A stretch of 64,000 nucleotides of DNA from an uncultured SAR86 cluster bacterium (GCA_902557965.1 CACECK010000001.1:22939-86938), one strand, 5' to 3'. Positions 41,373-53,067 are shown, counted from the stretch's first letter. Program-made: numbers and translations. Notes: generated from the sequence alone by a model not told the origin.

Positions 41373-42803
41373 TTATTTGCTCCAGAACATTGGAGTTAAG
41401 ATAACTAACAAGGTAAAGATTTCTAATCTTCCGAGCAACATTGCAAAAGCTAAAATACCTTTACTCGCTGAATTGATATTTGCATAATTTTCAGAAACTA
41501 TTCCTAGTCCAGGACCTAGGTTATTAAGGCATGCGCCAACTGCTGAAAAAGCTGACTCAAAATCAACCCCTGTTACAAGGACAAACAATAAAAGAATAAT
41601 AAACGAGATAATGTATATTGAGAAAAAGCCCCAAACAGATGTTGCAACTTCATCATTTACATTCTTTGTGCCTATCTTTAGCGATATAACTGAATTTGGA
41701 TGAATAATTCTCATTAAGTTTTTGTGAGCATGGTTAATCATTATTAGGACTCGCCATGATTTAACTCCACCCCCCACTGAGCCAGCACAGGCACCTATAA
41801 ATGCACCAATTAAAAGAATAAATGATATTGAGAAAGGCCATTCAGAGGAATTTGATATTGAAAAGCCTGTTGTTGTGAGCATTGAAACACTATGAAAAGC
41901 TAATTCTCTTAAATTTGGACCATAATTGCTTATATTTGAAATCATTGCACATATTATGAAAATAATAGCCAAAATACTCATAAAGAATCTAATCTCAGGA
42001 TCGTAAAAGTATTTAAGAGGTTTTTTCTTAAATACTGCAAAGTAATGTAATGTGAAACTAAAAGCAGACAAAAGCATGAAAGCAATACATATTGTTTCTA
42101 TAGCAATGCTATTAAAATGACCAATGCTATCGTTATGTGTAGAAAAGCCACCAATCGCAACAGTAGACATTGCATGCGATACAGCATCAAAAGAGCCCAT
42201 TCCACCGAGGTAGTAAAGAATGGCACATAATATTGTCAGCCCTAAGTATATTAGCCATAGAACTTGAGCTGTTTCTTTAATTCTCGGCGTTAATTTTTGC
42301 TCACCCATTGCCCCTGGAATTTCTGTCTTATATATTTGTCCCCCACCGATACCAAGCAGAGGCATTACAGCAATTGCCAAAACAATAAGGCCCATGCCAC
42401 CCATCCACTGAAGAAGTTGTCTGTAAAATAATAAAGATTCAGGAAGCGTATCTAAATTTGATATTACTGTAGCACCTGTAGTGGTTATTCCCGACATTGA
42501 CTCAAATATCGAATCAATTGCATTCATACCACTTAAATAGAAAGGAATTGATCCCGCAAAACATAAGACAACCCAAAACAATACAATAATTACAAATCCA
42601 TCTTTTTGAGACAGCTCATTATCTACCTTTCTTGTTGCAAGAAGACCAACTAAACCAATTAAACCTACACCCAGCAAGGTATATATAAATAATTCAGTAG
42701 CCCCATCATCAAATATCAATGAAATAATAATGGGAAAAATATATGAAAGGCTAAAAAATAAAACCAATATACTGAATAAGTTAACTATAGACTTTAGATT
42801 CAT
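41373..42803 (-). CDS. trkH: Trk system potassium uptake protein TrkH
   Basis: 476 aa polytopic protein with repeated pore-loop segments (TTTGF, GGFS). Adjacent to trkA. Confidence 0.9.
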   Translation of the reverse strand: MNLKSIVNLFSILVLFFSLSYIFPIIISLIFDDGATELFIYTLLGVGLIGLVGLLATRKVDNELSQKDGFVIIVLFWVVLCFAGSIPFYLSGMNAIDSIFESMSGITTTGATVISNLDTLPESLLFYRQLLQWMGGMGLIVLAIAVMPLLGIGGGQIYKTEIPGAMGEQKLTPRIKETAQVLWLIYLGLTILCAILYYLGGMGSFDAVSHAMSTVAIGGFSTHNDSIGHFNSIAIETICIAFMLLSAFSFTLHYFAVFKKKPLKYFYDPEIRFFMSILAIIFIICAMISNISNYGPNLRELAFHSVSMLTTTGFSISNSSEWPFSISFILLIGAFIGACAGSVGGGVKSWRVLIMINHAHKNLMRIIHPNSVISLKIGTKNVNDEVATSVWGFFSIYIISFIILLLFVLVTGVDFESAFSAVGACLNNLGPGLGIVSENYANINSASKGILAFAMLLGRLEIFTLLVILTPMFWSK

Positions 42804-44158
42804 TGATTTGTTTTAAATAAAACCTCAACCTCAGACATCATATCCTTGTTAGCTAAAAATATTATGAGATGATCATTTAGGCATAGTTCTACATCAGATT
42901 CAGGCATTATTAATTCTCCATGCCTTATAACAGCTCCTATTGAGGAGCCCTCTGGCAGATTAATCTCTTTAATCGACTTACCAAATAAAGGTGAAGTGTA
43001 TTCATTAGCATGAACAATACCTTCTATTGCTTCAGCCCCAGTATCCATTTTTAGCATAACGTCTTGGGCAACATCACTATCTCTTAAGTCTTGCAGCACA
43101 GACGATACGGTTAGCCTATATGGAGCAATATATATATCTATAAAACCAGGAACTAGACCTAGGTATGATGGATTATTAAGAATGATCATTGTTTTCTTTG
43201 CACCCATTTTTTTTGCAAGGAGAGAGGACATCAGATTTGTCTCATCATCATCAGTTAAGGCACAAAAAATATCTATATTAGATATGTTCTCACTTTTTAA
43301 AAGACTTTCATCAGTGGCTGATCCATGAAGAACAATTGTCTTATCTAATTTTTTGGATAAGTTTGAGCATCTTTCTTTATCTGATTCAATTAACTTTGTT
43401 TTATATTCATTTTCAATTTCTTTTGCCAGCGAAAAGCCAATTTTTCCTCCGCCAACAATCATTACCCTTGAATAACTCTCCTCATGATCTCTAAACTCAT
43501 CAACTATTTGATTTGTATTTTCTTCTGATGAAATGAAATAGACTTCATCATTTTCTTTAATAACAGTTTCGCCTGAAGGAATGAATGGTTTGCCTTTTCT
43601 ATATATGGATGCTACAAATGCATTAGTTTCTGGCATATCATCTTTAATTCCTTTAAGCTCCCGGCCAACAAGCTTGCCTTTTTTTTTGGCTTTAACACTT
43701 ACTAAATTTACCTTCCCATCAGCAAATTTTTCAATTTGATCCGCACCAGGATGAATGATTAGATCTTTAAGATGATTTTTAACCTCATTTTCAGGACTAA
43801 TAATAATATCTATTGTATTTTCAGTGTAGACATCTATGTCATCACCATAAGAAGAATCAGTAATTCTACAGATAGTCTTTTTTACATTAAATAATTTTTT
43901 AGCAACCTGACAAGCTATTATATTAACCTCATCATTGGAGGTTACTGCTATTACTGTAGTAGATTCGTCTGCTCCAGACTTTTTAATCGATAGTGGGTGT
44001 GAGGCATGACCTTCAATTGTCATGATATCTAGTTTTTCTTCAAGCACTCTCAAGGCATTTTTATCCTGATCAATCAGAGCAACATCGTAATTATTATTTA
44101 CAAGAGCTCTCGCAAGATTTCCCCCTACACGACCAGCACCTAAAATTAGTACTTTCAT
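42800..44158 (-). CDS. trkA: Trk system potassium uptake protein TrkA
   Basis: 452 aa. Two Rossmann/RCK repeats (ILGAGRVGG and IVGGGKIG). Confidence 0.92.
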   Translation of the reverse strand: MKVLILGAGRVGGNLARALVNNNYDVALIDQDKNALRVLEEKLDIMTIEGHASHPLSIKKSGADESTTVIAVTSNDEVNIIACQVAKKLFNVKKTICRITDSSYGDDIDVYTENTIDIIISPENEVKNHLKDLIIHPGADQIEKFADGKVNLVSVKAKKKGKLVGRELKGIKDDMPETNAFVASIYRKGKPFIPSGETVIKENDEVYFISSEENTNQIVDEFRDHEESYSRVMIVGGGKIGFSLAKEIENEYKTKLIESDKERCSNLSKKLDKTIVLHGSATDESLLKSENISNIDIFCALTDDDETNLMSSLLAKKMGAKKTMIILNNPSYLGLVPGFIDIYIAPYRLTVSSVLQDLRDSDVAQDVMLKMDTGAEAIEGIVHANEYTSPLFGKSIKEINLPEGSSIGAVIRHGELIMPESDVELCLNDHLIIFLANKDMMSEVEVLFKTNQ

Positions 44159-44214
44159 ATTGTGTAAATTAAACCTCTTTTGAATGAATTAAAAGACTTA
44201 TGGATAAATTTTTT

Positions 44215-45135
44215 TTATGAGAAAAATTCTTTGTAGGAGTTAAAAACATCAACCGCTGAGATTATTTTCTTATTTGGAAATTGTAAGTTAGTAATTACTA
44301 TCATTTTATCACATGTATTTATGTATATCCCAGTCTTATCAAGTAAAGAAATAGTGCCTGGCACACCCACACTTTGTTTATCAGATATATACATATCATG
44401 GATTTTTATTAATATTTTCTTATACTCAAATGTTGATTGTGGCCATTCTTTATATGCTCTAAAAGTATTAAAAATTAACTGGCTGGATTGATTAAAATTT
44501 ATCAATCCATCAATTTTTTTTATTTTTTTACAATAAGATGCCTTGCTTTCATCTTGATGATTAAGGCTAATGTTATTTGACTTCACATTACCTAAAACTT
44601 CGTTAAGTTTTTCGATCGATATTTTAGTTAACTTTTTTTCAAGCGAAATTTTATTATCATTGATTGATATATCACATTTAAAACTATCAATAATTTCGCC
44701 AGCATCTAAATCAGCATTCATCTTTATAAAAGTAACACCAGAGACAATATCACCATTTATCAATGAAGATTGAATAGGAGAGGCACCCCTATACTTCGGC
44801 AACAATGAAAAATGTATGTTTATGGGCATTAATTTCGGCTTTGATAAGAGCCAGTTAGGCAAGATCTTTCCATACGCCACTACAAGCAATATATCAATGT
44901 CTAAATCAGCAATACCATCCTTAAAATGTTTTGTATTTAAGTCATCTTCTTTAAAAGTAGGTATTAATGATTCTTTTGCCACCTTAGATACGAATGACTC
45001 AACAACTTCAGAGCCTCTTTTGCCCCTTTTATCAGACTGAGAAATAACTCCCTTAACATGAATATCTTCCAGATCTATTAATGATTTTAAAATTTGTGAA
45101 GAATTTTCAGGAGTTCCAGCAAATAATATATTCAT
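44215..45135 (-). CDS. fmt: methionyl-tRNA formyltransferase
   Basis: 306 aa. NIHFSLLPKYRGASPIQ motif. Downstream of def. Confidence 0.93.
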   Translation of the reverse strand: MNILFAGTPENSSQILKSLIDLEDIHVKGVISQSDKRGKRGSEVVESFVSKVAKESLIPTFKEDDLNTKHFKDGIADLDIDILLVVAYGKILPNWLLSKPKLMPINIHFSLLPKYRGASPIQSSLINGDIVSGVTFIKMNADLDAGEIIDSFKCDISINDNKISLEKKLTKISIEKLNEVLGNVKSNNISLNHQDESKASYCKKIKKIDGLINFNQSSQLIFNTFRAYKEWPQSTFEYKKILIKIHDMYISDKQSVGVPGTISLLDKTGIYINTCDKMIVITNLQFPNKKIISAVDVFNSYKEFFS

Positions 45136-45151
45136 TTTTAATTTAAATCTT

Positions 45152-45661
45152 TTATTTTCTGTTAAAATCTTTTAAAAGTCGGCTTCTTACTCTATCTCTT
45201 TTTAGAGCACTGACATAATCCACCATCAACTTACCTTCAAGATGGTCTATTTCATGTTGAATACATATAGTTAGCATTCCCTCTGGAGTAGTTGTATGCT
45301 GAATTCCGTCTAAATCTTGCCATTTAAGCTCAATACTATCCGGTCTTGTTATATTTTGATTAAATCCAGGTATTGAGAGACAACCCTCCTCAAACTCAAT
45401 TAAATTATGATCTTTATTAACGTTATATTCTGGATTCACAAACACCATAGGCTCATTTCTTTCTTCTGAGAGATCCATTACAACTAGTCTTATATGTTTA
45501 TCTACCTGTGTTGCAGCAAGCCCAATCCCATTTGCATCATACATTGTAAAAAGCATGTCTTCAGAAAGGTTTTTTAAACTTTTGTCGAATTTATCAACTT
45601 TTTTGGCTACAGTACGTAGTTTTGGATCAGGAAAAATTAAAATTTTTAATTTCTTAGACAT
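45152..45661 (-). CDS. def: peptide deformylase
   Basis: 169 aa. GIGLAATQ, EGCLS and HEIDHL motifs. Confidence 0.96.
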   Translation of the reverse strand: MSKKLKILIFPDPKLRTVAKKVDKFDKSLKNLSEDMLFTMYDANGIGLAATQVDKHIRLVVMDLSEERNEPMVFVNPEYNVNKDHNLIEFEEGCLSIPGFNQNITRPDSIELKWQDLDGIQHTTTPEGMLTICIQHEIDHLEGKLMVDYVSALKRDRVRSRLLKDFNRK

Positions 45662-45725
45662 AAATGACTATTTTTTATTATAATTTCGTGATTATAATCT
45701 AGTTAAATATTAAGAGTACAACAAT

Positions 45726-46226
45726 ATGACAAATTCAACCACACAAGTAGCTATAATAATGGGTTCTGACAGCGATTTACCTGTTGTTGAGGCCAGTTTT
45801 GCAGTTCTAGACTCATTTGGAGTCAAATATACAAAAAACGTTATGTCAGCGCACAGAACACCTCATGCTGTAATGGAGTTAATTAAAAACTCAGAAAATA
45901 ACGGGTGTAAGGTATTTATTGCCGCAGCAGGCATGGCAGCTCACCTTGCAGGGGCTGTTGCTGCGCATTCAACAAGACCAGTTATTGGCATTCCTATTGA
46001 ATCAGGTGGCATGGGGGGCATTGATTCTCTTCTATCTACAGCTATGATGCCTCCTGGAGTTCCTGTAGCGACTGTAGCAGTTGGTAAAAGTGGCGCTAAA
46101 AACAGTGCAATTCTTGCTGTACAAATACTAGCAACATCAGATGAGGATCTTGCACAAAAGCTAGTTGATTATAAAGAAAATATGAGAAAAGAAGTTCTTG
46201 AAAAAGATAAAAAACTTAACTCATAA
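45726..46226 (+). CDS. purE: 5-(carboxyamino)imidazole ribonucleotide mutase
   Basis: 166 aa. IIMGSDSD and AAGMAAHLAG motifs. Confidence 0.93.
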   Translation: MTNSTTQVAIIMGSDSDLPVVEASFAVLDSFGVKYTKNVMSAHRTPHAVMELIKNSENNGCKVFIAAAGMAAHLAGAVAAHSTRPVIGIPIESGGMGGIDSLLSTAMMPPGVPVATVAVGKSGAKNSAILAVQILATSDEDLAQKLVDYKENMRKEVLEKDKKLNS

Positions 46227-46787
46227 TTGAATAAAAATTCTTTAGATATTTCTTCATCAATTAGTTGGCTGGAATCTGGAAAAATACTCATTCATCCAAC
46301 CGAATCAATATGGGGATTGGGTTGCGATGCATTTAATGAACTAGCAATTGAAAAGATCTTTTCTATCAAAAAAAGAGAGCATAATAAAAGCTTTATTTTA
46401 CTATGCAAGTCTTTAGATTTTTTAAATTATTATATTGATGAAATTAATAGAGAAGACGAAATTTTATTAAAAAATAACTGGCCTGGACCAGTCACCTTTT
46501 TAATTAGATATAATAAAAATTTACCCGAACATCTGCACTCAGAAAATGGTAAAATTGCAGTTAGAGTAAGTAATCACTTACCGATCAAAGCCCTATTTAA
46601 AGGTTTTAATAATTTTATTGTTTCAACTTCTGCAAACCTTTCTGGAAAAAAAGTTTTAGATAATCCTCTTGAGATTTTAGATTTTTTTGAATCAGATGAA
46701 CTTGCATACTATGATGGTGAGCTTGGCCATAACAAAAGACCATCGAAAATAATAGACCTTGATTCTAAATCTATAATTCGTGATTAA
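46227..46787 (+). CDS. tsaC: L-threonylcarbamoyladenylate synthase (TsaC/YrdC type)
   Basis: 186 aa. TTG start. HPTESIWGLGCDA and STSANLSG motifs. Confidence 0.88.
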   Translation: MNKNSLDISSSISWLESGKILIHPTESIWGLGCDAFNELAIEKIFSIKKREHNKSFILLCKSLDFLNYYIDEINREDEILLKNNWPGPVTFLIRYNKNLPEHLHSENGKIAVRVSNHLPIKALFKGFNNFIVSTSANLSGKKVLDNPLEILDFFESDELAYYDGELGHNKRPSKIIDLDSKSIIRD

Positions 46788-46790
46788 ACT

Positions 46791-47696
46791 ATGATAAAAA
46801 AAACTGAAAAAAGGTTCCTTAATATTCAATCAGATATTATTGATAATTTCAGTTCACTTGAGGATAAAGAACATGCAGATATTTCTTTTGATGAATGGAC
46901 GCGTGATGAAGGTGGCGGTGGAATAACTTATGTTATTGAGAATGGAAAATTCTTTGATAATTGTGCTGTAAATTTTTCATCTATTAGTGGTGAAAAGCTT
47001 CCTAAAACTGCTTTGGCAAATAATCTCAAAAAAGAGGTAAAGTTTGGCTTCAGAGCAATGGGTGTTTCAGTAATATCTCATCCAAATAATCCCAACGTCC
47101 CAACAAGCCACATGAATGTCCGATTGTTTGGGATTCTTGATAAAAATAAAGATATTTGTGATTGGTGGATTGGAGGTGGATATGATTTAACACCCTATAT
47201 CCCCATTGAAGAGGATATTTTAAGCTGGCATGCAGAGGCTAAAGAATGTTTAAGTTTAATAAATCCTGATTTTTACAGTATTTTTTCAGAAAACTGCAAT
47301 AATTATTTCAAAATACCTCATAGAAATGAAAAAAGAGGGGTAGGTGGCATATTTTTTGATAACATTACTGATTTTTCCCTAGAAGATAGCGTCAAAATGC
47401 TTGAGTCTGTTGCTAACGCATACTTAAATTCATACAAAAACATTATTGAAAAACGAAAAAACCTTCATTTTGATGAATTGCAGAAAGATTTTCAGTTAAT
47501 TAGAAGGGGCAGATACGTTGAATTTAACTTAATTTATGACAGAGGGACTCTATTTGGACTCCAATCCAAGGGCAGAATTGAATCAATTTTAGCGTCTCTT
47601 CCATCAAAAACTAAATGGGCCTACAAGAAAACTGATAGTTACAAAAAAATGGAAAAAGAGCTTTTGCGCGCCATAAACAAGGATTGGAATGTCTAA
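46791..47696 (+). CDS. hemF: oxygen-dependent coproporphyrinogen III oxidase
   Basis: 301 aa. GGGGITYV, RGVGGIFFD and RGRYVEFNL motifs. Confidence 0.94.
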   Translation: MIKKTEKRFLNIQSDIIDNFSSLEDKEHADISFDEWTRDEGGGGITYVIENGKFFDNCAVNFSSISGEKLPKTALANNLKKEVKFGFRAMGVSVISHPNNPNVPTSHMNVRLFGILDKNKDICDWWIGGGYDLTPYIPIEEDILSWHAEAKECLSLINPDFYSIFSENCNNYFKIPHRNEKRGVGGIFFDNITDFSLEDSVKMLESVANAYLNSYKNIIEKRKNLHFDELQKDFQLIRRGRYVEFNLIYDRGTLFGLQSKGRIESILASLPSKTKWAYKKTDSYKKMEKELLRAINKDWNV

Positions 47697-48504
47697 GATA
47701 TTCAAGCTAGGCGTTGTTGGGGACCCAATAGAGCATTCTCTATCCCCATTTATTCATTCAAGATTTTCAAGACAAACAAATATAAATATTGAATATCTGC
47801 CATTCAAAGTAGCTCATGATGATTTTCTAAATTTTATAAATGATTTTTTTAAAGACGGTGCTGCAAGAGGTCTAAATATTACTCTTCCACATAAAAAACA
47901 AGCTTCAGTTATAGATGGAACAATTTCTAAGGAAGCTCGTTATATCAATGCAGTAAATACAATAGTTAAAGATGATAAAAAGATCTTCTTGTACTCTACT
48001 GATGGAGATGGTTTTCTAAATGATGTAAAACATAAGGGATTTCTTCTAAACGAAAAAAGAGTCTTAATAATTGGTGCTGGCGCAGCTGCAGAAAGTATCT
48101 TATATAAAGTTGCGCACAGTAAAACTAAAAAAATAACTTTATTTAATAGAACAGAAGAAAAAGCAGAAAAACTATCAAGAAAATATTCACAATTTTCAAG
48201 CATTGACTCTTTCATATCTCAAGAGCATGAATACGATATAGTAATTAATGCAAGCTCTGCTGGTCTAACTGGAAAATTTAGCCCTATTAATGAGTTAATA
48301 ACATCAGAGAATGCTATTTACTATGATCTAAATTATTCATTAGCAGAAACACCATTCTGCAAATGGGCCAAAGAAAATTCAAGAAACGTTTACGACGGGG
48401 CGGGAATGTTAGTAAATCAAGCCGCGCATTCATATAAAATGTGGTTTGGTGTTTTGCCAGATATAGATCCAGTTCTTAAAGATATTGAGGCAATGAGAGA
48501 ATGA
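47689..48504 (+). CDS. aroE: shikimate dehydrogenase
   Basis: 271 aa. GDPIEHSLSP, NITLPHK and GAGAAA motifs. Confidence 0.93.
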   Translation: MSKIFKLGVVGDPIEHSLSPFIHSRFSRQTNINIEYLPFKVAHDDFLNFINDFFKDGAARGLNITLPHKKQASVIDGTISKEARYINAVNTIVKDDKKIFLYSTDGDGFLNDVKHKGFLLNEKRVLIIGAGAAAESILYKVAHSKTKKITLFNRTEEKAEKLSRKYSQFSSIDSFISQEHEYDIVINASSAGLTGKFSPINELITSENAIYYDLNYSLAETPFCKWAKENSRNVYDGAGMLVNQAAHSYKMWFGVLPDIDPVLKDIEAMRE

Positions 48505-48713
48505 AGAGATTTGTTCAGTTTATTGCTGGAGCTATTTGTCCTGAATGCAAAAGCAAAGACACCATTGCATTAAATCCATCAGATGACGAAATATATTGTG
48601 TGAAATGTAATTTTATAGAGAAAAGACCTGAGCTTAAAGATATAAAAAAAGATGCAGAGATAAAAGTAATTAATATAGAAGATTTCAAAAAAAATAGGGA
48701 TAAAAATCAATAG
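48501..48713 (+). CDS. YheV-like zinc-ribbon protein
   Basis: 70 aa. CPEC...CVKC four-Cys ribbon. Confidence 0.65.
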   Translation: MKRFVQFIAGAICPECKSKDTIALNPSDDEIYCVKCNFIEKRPELKDIKKDAEIKVINIEDFKKNRDKNQ

Positions 48714-48843
48714 AAATTGATGTATCAAAAAGATATGATACGTACGAAAAATTTATAATTTACTTTGTTGTATATATAAAAATGACTTATAATGCATCAT
48801 AAGCTAATTATATTATTAAGACACACATACTTTTGGGCGGATA

Positions 48844-49992
48844 ATGTTTTTTAAACTTTTTAAAATATTGAAAGGGAAAGCTATTCCTTTTTATTTACTA
48901 TTGATATCACCTGCTCTTTCTGCAGATTGGTTTGCGTTAAATATGACGAGGGGTATTACTGATATAAGTAACGAAGTTTTTGAATTGCATATGCTTATAT
49001 TTTGGATATGCGTAGCAATTGGAGCACTTGTTTTTTCTGTAATGTTTTATTCTATGTGGGCGCACACAAAAGAGAAAAATCCAGTCCCAGCAAAATTTCA
49101 CGAAAACCACAAACTTGAAATTGCATGGACGATTATTCCTTTTCTTATTTTAATAGCCATGGCAGTTCCTGCATCAAAAACACTTGTAAAAATCTATGAT
49201 GATGAAGCTGGAGATATAAATATCCAAGTTACCGGATATCAGTGGAAGTGGCAATACAGGTACCTTGAAGACGACGTAAGCTTTTTCGCAAATTTATCAA
49301 CAGATCTAGATGAGATTTATAATCTAGTTCCAAAAGGTGAAAATTACCTTCAAGAGGTTGATGAGATGGTAGTAATTCCTGCTGGCAAGAAAATTAGATT
49401 CTTAATAACAGCAAATGATGTTATTCATTCATGGTGGATGCCTTCATTTGCAATCAAGCAAGATGCAATCCCTGGATTTGTAAATACAGCTTGGACTATT
49501 GTTGATGAGCCAGGCATATATAGAGGAAAGTGCACAGAACTTTGTGGAAAGAATCACGGATTTATGCCCATTGTTGTAAAAGTAGTCGAACAGGCTGAGT
49601 ACGAAGAATGGGTTTTCGGTAAGAGACAAGAAGCAATTAAACTGGCTGAATTGACTACCAAAGAATGGTCTGCAGAAGAGTTAGTTGCCCGAGGTGAAGG
49701 AATTTATGAAGTCAATTGCGTTGCATGTCATCAAACATCTGGCCAGGGGATTTCAGGAATATTTCCAGCTCTTGCCGGCAGTGATATCGTAATGAATAAC
49801 AAAGATAGAAATATTGAAATTTTAATGGAAGGTGTCCAAGGTGCAGCAATGAACTCATTTAGCTATTTATCTGAAGTTGAACTTGCAGCAGTAATTACTT
49901 ATACAAGACAGTCCTGGGGTAATGCAGACAAAGGTGACGGAGAAATTGTTATACCAAAGGACATTGTTGATTATAAGGAACCAAAAATTTAA
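48844..49992 (+). CDS. coxB: cytochrome c oxidase subunit II with C-terminal cytochrome c domain
   Basis: 382 aa. CuA site HSWWMP...CTELCGKNHGFM, plus a CVACHQ heme c motif. Confidence 0.95.
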   Translation: MFFKLFKILKGKAIPFYLLLISPALSADWFALNMTRGITDISNEVFELHMLIFWICVAIGALVFSVMFYSMWAHTKEKNPVPAKFHENHKLEIAWTIIPFLILIAMAVPASKTLVKIYDDEAGDINIQVTGYQWKWQYRYLEDDVSFFANLSTDLDEIYNLVPKGENYLQEVDEMVVIPAGKKIRFLITANDVIHSWWMPSFAIKQDAIPGFVNTAWTIVDEPGIYRGKCTELCGKNHGFMPIVVKVVEQAEYEEWVFGKRQEAIKLAELTTKEWSAEELVARGEGIYEVNCVACHQTSGQGISGIFPALAGSDIVMNNKDRNIEILMEGVQGAAMNSFSYLSEVELAAVITYTRQSWGNADKGDGEIVIPKDIVDYKEPKI

Positions 49993-50006
49993 ATTAGGAA
50001 GATACT

Positions 50007-51590
50007 ATGAGTGCAGTAATAGAAAATCATCATGAGGACCACCATCATGGCCCAGCTAAAGGAATAACCAGATGGTTATATACGACAAATCATAAGGATA
50101 TAGGGACCCTATACCTATGGTTTAGTTTTGCCATGTTCCTTATTGGTGGAGCTATGGCTATGGTTATAAGAGCTGAGTTATTCCAGCCTGGAATGCAAAT
50201 CGTCGAGCCTGAATTTTATAATCAAATGATTACATTGCATGGCTTGATTATGATATTTGGTGGTGTGATGCCAGCTTTTGTAGGACTTGCCAATTGGTTA
50301 GTTCCAATGATGATAGGCGCACCTGATATGGCTTTACCAAGAATGAATAATTTAAGCTTCTGGATTCTACCATTTGCATTCTTTATATTGTTATCTTCAT
50401 TATTTATGGAAGGTGGCGCTCCTAACTTTGGTTGGACATTCTATGCACCACTATCGACAACTTACGCACCTCCAAGTGTAACCTTCTTTATTTTTTCAGT
50501 GCATATTATGGGAGCCTCTTCTATTATGGGCGCAATTAATGTTGTAGTAACAATAATGAATATGAGAGCACCTGGCGTTGATTTAATGAAGATGCCATTA
50601 TTTGTGTGGTCTTGGTTAATAACAGCTTACCTACTTATTGCAGTAATGCCCGTTCTTGCTGGAGCGGTAACAATGATGTTAATGGATATCCATTTTGGGA
50701 CAAGTTTCTTTAATGCTGCCGGTGGAGGAGATCCAGTATTATTTCAACATATTTTTTGGTTCTTTGGACATCCAGAGGTTTACATAATGATCTTGCCAGC
50801 TTTTGGAATTGTTTCTCATATTATTGAAACATTCTCTAGAAAACAGCTCTTTGGTTATTCATCAATGGTTTGGGCAATGCTTTCAATAGCAATTCTATCT
50901 TTTGTAGTTTGGGCACACCATATGTTTACAGTTGGTCTCCCATTAGCAGCAGAGATATTCTTCATGTGGGCAACAATGCTGATTGCAGTTCCTACTGGAG
51001 TAAAAGTTTTCAACTGGGTAGCAACTATGTTCAGAGGCTCTATTACATTTGAAACACCTATGCTTTTTGCAATAGCATTTGTTGTTCTATTTACAATAGG
51101 CGGATTATCAGGATTAATGCTAGCAATTGTGCCTGCTGACTTTCAGTATCACGACACTTATTTTGTTGTAGCGCATTTTCATTATGTATTAGTGCCTGGA
51201 GCCATTTTTTCAATAATGGCAGCAGTCTATTATTGGATTCCAAAATGGTCCGGCAATATGTATGACGAAAGATTAGGAAAATTGCACTTCTGGCTTTCTT
51301 TTGCTGGTGTTAACATTACTTTTTTCCCACAGCATTTTATAGGCCTAGCAGGAATGCCAAGAAGATACCCCGATTATGCTCTTCAATTTGCAGACTGGAA
51401 TATGGTATCTAGTGTTGGCGCATTTTTATTTGGCTTCTCTCAAATACTCTTTCTATTTATAGTTTTAAAAACTGTTATGGGAGGAAAGAAGGCAACTGGA
51501 CAGGTATGGGAAGGAGCAAAAGGCCTTGAGTGGACAGTTGCATCGCCAGCTCCATATCATACTTTCTCAACTCCACCCAAGATTGATTAA
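50007..51590 (+). CDS. ctaD: cytochrome c oxidase subunit I
   Basis: 527 aa. WFFGHPEVY and the HHMF motif. Confidence 0.97.
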   Translation: MSAVIENHHEDHHHGPAKGITRWLYTTNHKDIGTLYLWFSFAMFLIGGAMAMVIRAELFQPGMQIVEPEFYNQMITLHGLIMIFGGVMPAFVGLANWLVPMMIGAPDMALPRMNNLSFWILPFAFFILLSSLFMEGGAPNFGWTFYAPLSTTYAPPSVTFFIFSVHIMGASSIMGAINVVVTIMNMRAPGVDLMKMPLFVWSWLITAYLLIAVMPVLAGAVTMMLMDIHFGTSFFNAAGGGDPVLFQHIFWFFGHPEVYIMILPAFGIVSHIIETFSRKQLFGYSSMVWAMLSIAILSFVVWAHHMFTVGLPLAAEIFFMWATMLIAVPTGVKVFNWVATMFRGSITFETPMLFAIAFVVLFTIGGLSGLMLAIVPADFQYHDTYFVVAHFHYVLVPGAIFSIMAAVYYWIPKWSGNMYDERLGKLHFWLSFAGVNITFFPQHFIGLAGMPRRYPDYALQFADWNMVSSVGAFLFGFSQILFLFIVLKTVMGGKKATGQVWEGAKGLEWTVASPAPYHTFSTPPKID

Positions 51591-52147
51591 TGAATAAAGG
51601 CGCAAAAAAGACTCTAATAAAGCTCATTGTTGCTGTCCCTCTTATGTTTGCATTTGGTTTTGCGCTTGTTCCTTTGTATGATGTTTTTTGTGAAGTAACC
51701 GGCATTAATGGAAAAGTATTTCAATCAGAATACTCAGAAGACTTAGTTACCGCAGAAGGACGCCCTATAGCATTACAGTTTATTTCCACTAATAATGAGA
51801 ATATGCCTTGGACTTTCAAACCTTCAAAACAAGTAATGAAGATCGAAACAGGCGAATATCACAATGCAACTTTTTATGTAAAAAATACGACCAATAAAAA
51901 AATGACAGCCCAAGCTGTGCCGAGTGTTGCACCATCTAATGCTGCAGAGCATTTAAAAAAATTAGAATGCTTTTGTTTTGAACAGCAAGTTTTAATGCCA
52001 GGAGAGGAAGCACTACTACCAGTTAAACTATTGGTATCAAACGATCTTCCATCAAACATCAAGAACATAATTTTGTCATACACAATATTTGATATTACTG
52101 ACTATAATGAAGAAGTTATGGCTCATCATCAAATGGATATGGAGTAA
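51590..52147 (+). CDS. ctaG: cytochrome c oxidase assembly protein CtaG/Cox11
   Basis: 185 aa. CFCFEQQ copper motif. Confidence 0.92.
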   Translation: MNKGAKKTLIKLIVAVPLMFAFGFALVPLYDVFCEVTGINGKVFQSEYSEDLVTAEGRPIALQFISTNNENMPWTFKPSKQVMKIETGEYHNATFYVKNTTNKKMTAQAVPSVAPSNAAEHLKKLECFCFEQQVLMPGEEALLPVKLLVSNDLPSNIKNIILSYTIFDITDYNEEVMAHHQMDME

Positions 52148-52152
52148 AAAAT

Positions 52153-53067
52153 ATGAGTGGGGGAAGTTATTACGTACCAGATCAAAGCAGATTTCCTATT
52201 TTTATGGCCTTCTCTTTGTTCCTTTTGGTTATGGGGGCATCTAGTACAATAAATAACTTAGGAGATCCCTCAAGTAACTCAGTTTATATTCTCTATGCTG
52301 GTTTAGGATGCCTATTCTTAACATTATTTTTTTGGTTTAGGCAGGTTATAAAAGAACATCTAGCTGGCTTGGATTCAAATCAACTAAAGCAGTCATATGT
52401 CTATGGGATGGCTTGGTTTATTTTCTCAGAAGTAATGTTCTTTGCAGCTTTTTTTGGAGCGTTATTTTATGTCAGAACACTTTCAGTTCCATGGTTGGCT
52501 GGTGAGGGTGAAAAAGGAATCGGAATTGAGGCTATAGAGTTGTGGCAAGGCTTTGAATCAACATGGCCAGTTATTGTTACTCCTGACCAAGGAGATGGAT
52601 TTGTTCTTGCAGAGAAGAGCATGGCTTGGCCAGGTTGGGATCATGCTCTTGAGTGGTTACCACTTTGGAACACAATAGTTTTATTAAGCTCAAGCGTCAC
52701 AGTTCACTTTGCTCATCTGGGACTTAAGAATGGTAATAGAAAAAAATTCAATAGATTTTTGGGAATAACAGTCACTCTTGCTTTAATTTTTGTTGGTCTT
52801 CAAGCAGCTGAGTACTATGAAGCCTATGCACACTATGGACTAACTTTAAACTCTGGTATCTATGGATCAACCTTTTTTATGCTTACTGGATTTCACGGAT
52901 TTCATGTGATGATGGGTGGTATTATGCTGGCAATAATGTTGGCTAGGTCAGTTTTTGCTGGCCATTTTGAAGACCATGATCACTTTGGATTTGAGGCTGC
53001 CTCTTGGTATTGGCATTTTGTAGATGTTGTCTGGGTAATGTTATTCTTGTTTGTATATATTCTTTAA
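52153..53067 (+). CDS. ctaE: cytochrome c oxidase subunit III
   Basis: 304 aa. TGFHGFHV and WYWHFVDVVW motifs. Confidence 0.95.
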   Translation: MSGGSYYVPDQSRFPIFMAFSLFLLVMGASSTINNLGDPSSNSVYILYAGLGCLFLTLFFWFRQVIKEHLAGLDSNQLKQSYVYGMAWFIFSEVMFFAAFFGALFYVRTLSVPWLAGEGEKGIGIEAIELWQGFESTWPVIVTPDQGDGFVLAEKSMAWPGWDHALEWLPLWNTIVLLSSSVTVHFAHLGLKNGNRKKFNRFLGITVTLALIFVGLQAAEYYEAYAHYGLTLNSGIYGSTFFMLTGFHGFHVMMGGIMLAIMLARSVFAGHFEDHDHFGFEAASWYWHFVDVVWVMLFLFVYIL